Source of the DNA: an uncultured Eubacteriales bacterium
GTDB lineage: Bacteria > Bacillota > Clostridia > Monoglobales > Monoglobaceae
DNA length: 24,000 bases
Assembly: GCA_905205855.1 (NCBI GenBank)
Contig: CAJLFL010000001.1
Span: 1 to 24,000 of the forward strand
Reading direction: 5' to 3'
Shown here one piece after another: positions 8,608 through 15,024 of the stretch (position 1 is its first letter; the number at the start of each line of letters is the position of its first letter). A program made the position numbers and the translations under genes. Below the pieces are notes generated by a model. That model did not search any database, was not told the origin of the DNA, and saw only the letters and a program-made list of their open reading frames with translations.

Positions 8608-9647
8608 CCGTACGAATCCTCTATCTTTCCCCATTGAATACCGGTAAGCTTTTCATACAGCGCATGAGTAACATCGCCGATTTCATTATTGTTTATTGTA
8701 TAGGTTTTGCCGTCATAATACAGCTGTCCTATCGGAGATACAACAGCAGCTGTTCCGCAGCCCCAGGCTTCCTCCAGTGTTCCGTTTTCCATAGCCTCTA
8801 TAAGTTCGTCAACAGACAGCAGACGCTCGGATACCTTAAAGCCTGCGTTCTTCAATACTTCAATGCAGGATTTTCTTGTGATTCCGGGGAGAATGGAGCC
8901 GGTAAGCGCCGGTGTAATGATTTCGTTGTTTATCTTAAACATAACGTTCATAGCGCCTACTTCTTCGATATATTTACGCTCAACACCGTCAAGCCACAAA
9001 ACCTGTGTATAGCCTTTCTTTTCTGCGTTCTCGCCGGCACGGTTTGCCGCTGCATAGTTACCGCCGCATTTTGCAAAGCCTGTGCCGCCGCGTACCGCAC
9101 GTACGTCATCATGCTCTATCATAATCTTGACGGGATTGATTCCCTCTGGATAATAGCTGCCGCTCGGAGAAGTTATAATAACAAAGGTTGCGTGGTTTAT
9201 GGAATGTACGCCGAGGCTTTCGTCATTTCCGAAAAGGAACGGACGGATATAAAGAGATTCGCCCTCCTCTGACGGAACCCATGCCTGATCAAGTCTGACA
9301 AGTTCTGTTATTGCCTGAAGCATATCCTGTTCCGGCATCTGCGGCAAACGCAGACGCTCTGCTGAATTGTTCATGCGCTTTACATTTTCAAGCGGTCTGA
9401 AAAGCTGAACCTTGCCGTCTGCGCGTCTGTATGCCTTAAGTCCTTCAAAAATTTCTGCGCCGTAATGGAACACTGTTGCGGCAGGGTGCAGGGTAAGGTT
9501 GCCGAAGGGTACTATTCTGGCGTCATGCCATCCCTCATCTCTTGAATAATCCGCCATAAACATGTGGTCGGAAAAAATCTTTCCGAAGCCGAGATTTTTT
9601 GTAGGTATTTCTCTTGGTGATGTAGTTTTGGTAATTTTGATTTCCAT
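8589..9647 (-). CDS. ilvE: branched-chain amino acid aminotransferase (PLP fold type IV, long ~350-aa form)
   Basis: Motifs LGFGKIFSDHMF, GTGFAKCGGNYAA (PLP lysine context), EEVGAMNVMF, ILPGITR. First gene of the eight-gene minus-strand operon. Confidence 0.9.
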   Translation of the reverse strand: MEIKITKTTSPREIPTKNLGFGKIFSDHMFMADYSRDEGWHDARIVPFGNLTLHPAATVFHYGAEIFEGLKAYRRADGKVQLFRPLENVKRMNNSAERLRLPQMPEQDMLQAITELVRLDQAWVPSEEGESLYIRPFLFGNDESLGVHSINHATFVIITSPSGSYYPEGINPVKIMIEHDDVRAVRGGTGFAKCGGNYAAANRAGENAEKKGYTQVLWLDGVERKYIEEVGAMNVMFKINNEIITPALTGSILPGITRKSCIEVLKNAGFKVSERLLSVDELIEAMENGTLEEAWGCGTAAVVSPIGQLYYDGKTYTINNNEIGDVTHALYEKLTGIQWGKIEDSYGWTMEI

Positions 9648-9685
9648 GATATATCATCCTTTCTTATAATAAAAACGTGGTTAAT

Positions 9686-9723
9686 AAAACAAAAACGGTT
9701 TTGCTCCGGAAAGCAAAACCGCT
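9686..9723 (-). terminator. intrinsic terminator (possible attenuator) between the small ORF and ilvE
   Basis: On the minus strand: a 10-bp perfect stem CGGTTTTGCT (9721-9712) / AGCAAAACCG (9705-9696), extendable to 12 bp, with a 6-nt loop, followed by TTTTTGTTTT. Only 38 nt separate the T-tract from the ilvE ATG. Confidence 0.7.
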
Positions 9724-9744
9724 GTTATCTTAATAGTAAAACCT

Positions 9745-10020
9745 CTACATAACATAACTTTGAGCTTTGCTTTCGTGCGGTATGCAAATTGCAATCAGTA
9801 TTACGGAAATAATACTGATGATGGTAATGACGCTAATGACACATATGGCACGAAGGACAAAAACAAGCGTCAAAAAAACAGATACCGCCATAACGGTATC
9901 TGTGAAAGCTGCATTATCGGATTCAAAAAAAGAGCGGAACATACTGTTGGCACGGCAATATAAAGACGCAAAAGCATCCCTGAATGAATTATTCAGCTTT
10001 TTATCATTGCCGAAGAACAT
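9745..10020 (-). CDS. 91-aa hypothetical protein with an extremely Ile/Val-rich C-terminal hydrophobic segment
   Basis: The ATG at 10020 has AAGGAG 8 nt upstream. A near-consensus promoter lies upstream and a terminator downstream. The C-terminal stretch ICVISVITIISIISVILIAICI has 11 Ile, 3 Val and 1 Leu in 22 residues. Confidence 0.6.
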   Translation of the reverse strand: MFFGNDKKLNNSFRDAFASLYCRANSMFRSFFESDNAAFTDTVMAVSVFLTLVFVLRAICVISVITIISIISVILIAICIPHESKAQSYVM

Positions 10021-10051
10021 TTTACTCAGCTCCTTTCAAATCTTCCCGATT

Positions 10052-10080
10052 ATATTATCACATTTAAAGATTTAAGTCAA
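10052..10080 (-). promoter_or_regulatory. strong sigma-A type promoter (minus strand)
   Basis: -35 TTGACT (10080-10075), a 17-nt spacer, then an extended -10 TGA-TAATAT (10060-10052). Confidence 0.6.
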
Positions 10081-10191
10081 GAGTATGCGTAAAGTTTTAT
10101 ACAAATAAGCTAAAAATTTATAAATACGACTGTTTATTTATATAGAATCTACAATTAAAAAGGCGAAAATTTAAAAATACGGTCGTAAAAG

Positions 10192-10220
10192 TTGAAATTT
10201 TATAAACTTTGTGGTATACT
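10192..10220 (+). promoter_or_regulatory. sigma-A type promoter for the SLH/M15 peptidase gene
   Basis: -35 TTGAAA (10192-10197), a 17-nt spacer, then an extended -10 TGG-TATACT (10212-10220). This gives a leader of roughly 80 nt containing an 8-bp hairpin at 10245-10269. Confidence 0.55.
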
Positions 10221-10306
10221 GTTTCAGTATTACTTCCAAAGCTTAGCCGAAATTATGCTTTTTTCGGCTGCGTTTCGGGAAAACACAAAGTTAGAGGTGA
10301 ATACCA

Positions 10307-11686
10307 ATGAAACGAATTTTTGCAGCTGTCCTGACGGCAGTGCTTAGTATTCAGGCGCTTGCGGGTTTTGCCTATGATCCCAGCTTTTGGGCGGCAGACG
10401 CGGTAAACAGCGCAGTAAGGCTCAGCCTTATATCGGAGGAATACTCCACAAAATCATTTCAGGATGCAATCTCCAGAGGTGACTTTATCAATGTGGCGGT
10501 AAACCTTTATGCAACCATAACGGCAGAGAATGTTTCAACCCACGCCAACAATCCGTTTACGGATACCTCAGATCCGTTCCCCAATATGGCATATTATGCA
10601 GGTTTGGTCAGCGGCGACGGAGAGGGACATTTTTATCCGCAGGGAACTCTCACAAGACAGGAGTTATGCAAAATTATGACAAGCCTGCTTGATTCTGCAG
10701 GTATACTCGGGCCGTACTTCCCGTCGGAAAATGTTTTCGGTGATATTGTGGATTCCGGCGATATAGCTTCATGGGCACAGAATCATGTTGCATTTATGCT
10801 TGATAACAATCTTATGGCAGGCGATGAGGATGGTCGCTTCCGTCCAAATGATGCCGTTACAAGAGAAGAAGCGGCAATTATTGCATATCGCTGCTTTATA
10901 CGCTACGGCAGGGACTGGAACGGCAGTATCCGAACAGCCCTGCGCCAGACCAAGGATGCGGGCGGCAGAACAATTCAGACGCTTGTAAAGACAATAACGC
11001 TTGACAGCGGAGCAACTGTAGCGCTCAGAAATGCCGATAATCCAAATGCTCCGGATGTTGCTATGTCAGGAGTCTCCGGCGGCAGCGATGGAACAGCACC
11101 GAGCGGAACACCTTTGCAGGCGGCGGATGAAAAGGGACTTTACAGACTTAAAACATATTCTGAAACCCTGGCGTCCGGCGAGGCGGCTGAAAAGGAAAAC
11201 AGAATTTTCGGCGGCAACAGCAAGTATACCTCGGCAGACGAGGCAAATGCGCATATGAGCGACGTTACCGTAAAGGTGTGGAAGCTTGACGGTGACGGAA
11301 AACCATATTCTTCAACACTGAGCTTTAAGATAAATTCTGTCTTGAAGGATGACGTAATTGCGATATTTGACGAGATATATAACTCGCCGGTAAAAGCACC
11401 GATCAAAGACGTTACTGCATACGGCTGGAGAAACGCTATGTCAAGCGGAAACTATTCCGACCATAACTACGGAACTGCAATCGACCTTAACTATAACGAA
11501 AACTATTGCGTATACGCAAGCGGAACGGTTGTCGGCAGCTTTTATGATCCGGCAAATTCTGTGTATTCCGTTGCTCAGGATGGAATTGTGGTTCAGACAT
11601 TTGCCAAGTACGGCTGGCTCTGGGGCGGAAATGCGTGGGTAAGCGGAACGGTGGATTATATGCACTTTAGTTATTTAGGAAAATAA
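10307..11686 (+). CDS. secreted SLH-domain protein with a C-terminal M15-family (VanY / D-Ala-D-Ala carboxypeptidase-like) zinc peptidase domain
   Basis: Signal peptide MKRIFAAVLTAVLSIQALA. SLH-like repeats (FTDTSD...GLVSGDGEGHFYPQGTLTRQE; FGDIVD...MAGDEDGRFRPNDAVTREEAA). Zn-ligand pattern SDHNYGTAIDLN ... DYMHFSY. RBS GAGGTGA. Confidence 0.8.
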   Translation: MKRIFAAVLTAVLSIQALAGFAYDPSFWAADAVNSAVRLSLISEEYSTKSFQDAISRGDFINVAVNLYATITAENVSTHANNPFTDTSDPFPNMAYYAGLVSGDGEGHFYPQGTLTRQELCKIMTSLLDSAGILGPYFPSENVFGDIVDSGDIASWAQNHVAFMLDNNLMAGDEDGRFRPNDAVTREEAAIIAYRCFIRYGRDWNGSIRTALRQTKDAGGRTIQTLVKTITLDSGATVALRNADNPNAPDVAMSGVSGGSDGTAPSGTPLQAADEKGLYRLKTYSETLASGEAAEKENRIFGGNSKYTSADEANAHMSDVTVKVWKLDGDGKPYSSTLSFKINSVLKDDVIAIFDEIYNSPVKAPIKDVTAYGWRNAMSSGNYSDHNYGTAIDLNYNENYCVYASGTVVGSFYDPANSVYSVAQDGIVVQTFAKYGWLWGGNAWVSGTVDYMHFSYLGK

Positions 11687-11710
11687 GCGAACATAAAAAT
11701 CTTAATACAC

Positions 11711-11753
11711 AAAACGAGCCTGACGGTGCATTTTGCATCTCAGGCTCGTTTTT
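11711..11753. terminator. bidirectional rho-independent terminator
   Basis: A 10-bp perfect stem ACGAGCCTGA (11714-11723) / TCAGGCTCGT (11740-11749), preceded by AAAA and followed by TTTTT. It lies between convergent genes. Confidence 0.75.
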
Positions 11754-11768
11754 AAATTATGGAATTTT

Positions 11769-13319
11769 TCAACAGTCTAACAGTTCATTATATACTTCAT
11801 CAAACAATTCCGGCGAAAAATCCGCTGTAAAATCATCAGTTATGCATTTGCCGGTCAACTCCTCCGCGCGGCTGCGGCTGAGAGATGATAAAAGCTCAAA
11901 ATCCTCAATTCCGGCGCGCTGCATCTCAAGACGTACGCTGCCGAGAGGTTCTCCGTTATAGGGGTATACGATATTTGTGTCGCCCGGCGGAAGATATTGC
12001 TCCAGACTGTCGTCAAATATTTTAAAAGGAATTGATGGCTCTGTGTAGGAATCCTGTACGTCTGCCTGAAAGCAGAAGCCCCAGTGCAGATAAGCCGATA
12101 CGTTAAGCTTAAAGCACAGCCAGTGTATATAACGCACTGAAAGCAGTGGCATATCCAAAAATCTGTTCAGATACGGCGCAGACGGCCAGCAGCAGGTGTA
12201 TAACCAAAGACGGCGTTTGTCGGAATCGGAAATCATTTTGTCAAATTCATCACGGTGCAGCTGATAAAAACGCGTTGTCGGTATAACTATATCCGGGTTT
12301 GAATCCAGGTCTGTTGTCAGTACCGCATCTATGGTCGGTACGTCCGGCATTATCTCTTTTACAAGCTTTCCGAGTTTTTTGTATATGTGAATGTTTTTAT
12401 TCCGCGGCTCGTCAAATATATGCTGTACTGTTATTCCGTCAAGTTCTGAGGCTTTTAAAAAGGTATACCATTGTTCGATAAAGCCTTCCAGAAATGCAAG
12501 GCAGCGGTCAGAGCCGAAGCTGCTTTCGTCCGCATTCGGATACATATTCAAATATATTGTTTTAAGATTGGGGCCCTCAATATATTTGCAGCCCTGCTCC
12601 ATACAAAGGCTTATATATTTTTTTGCACGTTCAAAACAAAATTCCGGGTTATCTGCCGTGCCTTTATAATAAAAGAATGAAGCGTTAAGATTGACATGTG
12701 TTTGGTGTGCTTCACAGGCAAGGCGGTTCAGTTTTTTTAATACCTCCCAATGCTTTGGCGAAAACGGCGTATATCCGTAATGAACAGGATTCGGCTCAAT
12801 CCAGTTTATCATTTTAAATTGCTTATTATCGGGGACAACGGCTTTGGAAATTGTAATTCTGACAGGAACGAAAATATCGGCGCTTTCACTGCTGAATTTC
12901 ACACAGCCGCTGTAACTGCCCGGCGGTGTTTCTTTTGAAATATGCCATTTTAAGTATAGAGGAGTTTTTTCATTTTTACATATAAAATGCTCGCCGGCAG
13001 GCTTTAAAGCGTCGTAGACAATAAACGGCGCTTTTTTTGTATAGTATTTTTCCATATCCTCGGCAGAGGTTCTCTCTGTATCAAGTTCCTCCAGAAAGCA
13101 TGAGTTTTTATTTACTGTTACCGGCAGAATTTCAAATAATTCCGGAGCGGATAGCTCTGTGCTTTCAAAACTCCATGTTATGACCGAGCTTGGCAGAGCA
13201 TACAGAAACATCTGGCAGCAGGCACAGGAATTGCGTGCCGTGCTGATGTTTATTTCATGTTTCCCGTTTGAGGTATCGGGAAACATCCATATATAAGACG
13301 GGAAGATTTCAAAGTCCAT
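11769..13319 (-). CDS. cytoplasmic hypothetical protein, DUF4091/GH123-like putative glycoside hydrolase
   Basis: A 516-aa ORF with no signal peptide and RBS AAGGAGAG 8 nt upstream. The overall pattern recalls the DUF4091 (GH123 catalytic) family as I remember it: an FDEP Asp-Glu pair and the Trp-rich C-terminus LWLYTCCWP...YIHW...LHWG. The family assignment is unverified. Confidence 0.5.
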   Translation of the reverse strand: MDFEIFPSYIWMFPDTSNGKHEINISTARNSCACCQMFLYALPSSVITWSFESTELSAPELFEILPVTVNKNSCFLEELDTERTSAEDMEKYYTKKAPFIVYDALKPAGEHFICKNEKTPLYLKWHISKETPPGSYSGCVKFSSESADIFVPVRITISKAVVPDNKQFKMINWIEPNPVHYGYTPFSPKHWEVLKKLNRLACEAHQTHVNLNASFFYYKGTADNPEFCFERAKKYISLCMEQGCKYIEGPNLKTIYLNMYPNADESSFGSDRCLAFLEGFIEQWYTFLKASELDGITVQHIFDEPRNKNIHIYKKLGKLVKEIMPDVPTIDAVLTTDLDSNPDIVIPTTRFYQLHRDEFDKMISDSDKRRLWLYTCCWPSAPYLNRFLDMPLLSVRYIHWLCFKLNVSAYLHWGFCFQADVQDSYTEPSIPFKIFDDSLEQYLPPGDTNIVYPYNGEPLGSVRLEMQRAGIEDFELLSSLSRSRAEELTGKCITDDFTADFSPELFDEVYNELLDC

Positions 13320-13346
13320 AATGTGTTCTCTCCTTTAAATAATATA

Positions 13347-13449
13347 AGCCATTTAGGTATAAGACCTGAACTGTGTGGGGGAACAAATCTTATTCAGCAG
13401 TGCATAAGCTGCACCGGGGTTGGATAAATATAGGGGGACCTAAATGGCT
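13347..13449 (-). promoter_or_regulatory. structured 5' leader element closed by a 12-bp perfect stem (candidate cis-regulatory RNA or 5' stabiliser)
   Basis: AGCCATTTAGGT (13347-13358) and ACCTAAATGGCT (13438-13449) are perfect reverse complements, 79 nt apart. The outer arm coincides with the predicted transcription start (TSS) of the 13456-13484 promoter. Inner hairpins: CGGUGCA-GCUUA-UGCACUG and CUGAA...UUCAG. Confidence 0.45.
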
Positions 13450-13455
13450 GTATAA

Positions 13456-13484
13456 ATTATAAAATGCTGTTGCTGTAAATTCAA
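13456..13484 (-). promoter_or_regulatory. sigma-A type promoter for the DUF4091-like gene
   Basis: On the minus strand: -35 TTGAAT (13484-13479), a 17-nt spacer, then a consensus -10 TATAAT (13461-13456). The predicted TSS is near 13449. Confidence 0.6.
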
Positions 13485-13626
13485 TGGATTAAATCATAGA
13501 TAAGCTTACAATCGGCGGTATTACGGTAAAAAGTATCAAATTGTAAATCAATGTATGAAGCGGTCTATAGCAATTTTGCTCCCTGATGTGATAGACTTTA
13601 AATAAATAAAACAAAAGGAGATCGAG

Positions 13627-15009
13627 ATGAACAGACTTAACATTTATCCCGTGGCGGAGGCCGAGCCTAAGTCAGCACATTACAGAGTGCTGGTAAACGG
13701 CAGGGAATCAGGTGTGTATACTTCGTATCGCTTTGATCCGGGAAACTATCAAAAAAGAATTGCAGGCAGACCGGTATCGGATGTTTCGTTTACGGCTTTT
13801 GATTTCGAGGGCGAGGTGACAATAGAGATTTATTTGGAAACCGAGCCGACAGAACAGGTTGCGGTAAGACCGCTTAAACTCGGAATCAATCCGATAACGG
13901 ACGGAAAAAAGATTTCATTTAAGATTGATAAGCCTGCCAATTTTTCTGTCGAGCCTTACGGAACATTCTGTCCGCTGCATATATTTGCAAATCCGATGGA
14001 AAGCGAAGTGCCGGATAAAAATGATCCGAAAGTACATTACTTTCCGGCAGGCGTGCATGAAATTGATCCGATAAGGCTGAAGGATGGCGAAACGGTTTAT
14101 CTTGAAGGCGGAGCTTTTGTATACGCAAAGCCTCAGCCGCCGGAAAAAACAGAACCATTTGGTTTGGTAAACGCATTTGACATGAAGTGGATTGAGTGTA
14201 CGCTCAATGCTGAAAAGGTCAAAAATGTAAGGGTTTGCGGCAGAGGAGTTCTGTGCGGAAGAAAAACTCTTGATAATCTGCAAAGACACCGCTTGCTTGT
14301 GATTTCAGAGAGCACAGATGTATCGGCGGAGGGAATTATATTCCGCGAGGGAACCTCGTGGTCGGTACAGACGCATTGCGCAGAAAACGTACATATAGAT
14401 AACGTCAAGGTTTTAGGACATTTCTGTAACAATGACGGAATTGACATCTGCGATTCGGCAGATGTATTGGTTGAAAACTCGTTTGCACATAATGCTGACG
14501 ATTCGTTCCTTGTAAAAGGCTTTGAGCCGGTAAAGAATGTCGTATTCAGCAACTGCACAGCGTGGAATGACGTATCAACATCATTCGGAGCGGTATGTGA
14601 GATGGCGGCAGATACCGAAAATGTTGTGTTTAAGGATTGTACTGTTACACATTCGACATTTCATTTATGGGATCATGATTCCGGCGGCGTAATAGGAATA
14701 TGGAATGCATACGGCGGAAATGTAGAAAACTTTTTGTTTGAAAATATAGTCCTTGAGGACTGCTGTGCAGACAAAGAGCCGATAAAGGTAAGTGTGACAT
14801 GGCGTGATGAGGGACGCATCAGCAATGTGCATTTCAAAAATATACAGGTATTAAAGAGTGAAGATGAAAGAATAGCCGTATACGGCGATGTGCCGCAAGC
14901 GGTGGATAATATAACCCTGGAAAATATAATTATAAACGGCAAAAAGGTGGAGAGCATCAATGATAAAAGAATTGTAAACCGCTGCAATGCCGAAATAAAA
15001 ATAAAATAA
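13627..15009 (+). CDS. cytoplasmic right-handed beta-helix glycoside hydrolase (GH28-like / pectin-lyase fold)
   Basis: No signal peptide. NNDGIDICDSADVLVENSFAHNADDSFLVKG resembles the GH28-type NTDGID...GDDCIAIK catalytic segment. Periodic hydrophobic beta-helix repeats follow. RBS AAGGAG. Confidence 0.7.
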   Translation: MNRLNIYPVAEAEPKSAHYRVLVNGRESGVYTSYRFDPGNYQKRIAGRPVSDVSFTAFDFEGEVTIEIYLETEPTEQVAVRPLKLGINPITDGKKISFKIDKPANFSVEPYGTFCPLHIFANPMESEVPDKNDPKVHYFPAGVHEIDPIRLKDGETVYLEGGAFVYAKPQPPEKTEPFGLVNAFDMKWIECTLNAEKVKNVRVCGRGVLCGRKTLDNLQRHRLLVISESTDVSAEGIIFREGTSWSVQTHCAENVHIDNVKVLGHFCNNDGIDICDSADVLVENSFAHNADDSFLVKGFEPVKNVVFSNCTAWNDVSTSFGAVCEMAADTENVVFKDCTVTHSTFHLWDHDSGGVIGIWNAYGGNVENFLFENIVLEDCCADKEPIKVSVTWRDEGRISNVHFKNIQVLKSEDERIAVYGDVPQAVDNITLENIIINGKKVESINDKRIVNRCNAEIKIK

Positions 15010-15024
15010 AAAGGAGAGAGGACA

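Noticed and set aside
8508-9272. A 254-aa plus-strand ORF.
   Set aside because: It is antisense to ilvE and the NTPase, which carry strong motifs. It has no RBS and an implausible composition.
9664-9692. A TTGTTT-17-TTATAA promoter-like pair (minus strand) directly upstream of ilvE.
   Set aside because: Its -10 box would place the transcription start inside or after the ilvE RBS at 9657-9660. That would leave no functional leader.
10307-11686. The M15 peptidase as a remnant prophage endolysin.
   Set aside because: It has a signal peptide and SLH anchors and its own promoter and terminator. There is no holin, integrase or structural phage gene nearby. It looks like a housekeeping wall hydrolase.
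13376-13437. Three G4-5 tracts on the plus strand as a possible G-quadruplex.
   Set aside because: There are only three tracts, with loops of about 35 and 13 nt. This does not meet a quadruplex pattern. They are better explained as C-rich joiners of the minus-strand leader RNA.
13474-13553. A direct repeat, TGTAAATTCAATG (13474-13486) and TGTAAATCAATG (13542-13553).
   Set aside because: It is short and AT-rich with an indel. The first copy simply overlaps the -35 box of the minus-strand promoter, so the evidence for a distinct site is insufficient.
13541-13604. Candidate plus-strand promoters for the beta-helix glycosidase operon: TTGTAA...TCTATA, TGaTAGACT, and TTGCTC-17-TAAATA.
   Set aside because: Each has a poor hexamer or leaves almost no leader before the RBS. 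I cannot pick one with confidence, so the promoter of this operon remains unassigned.
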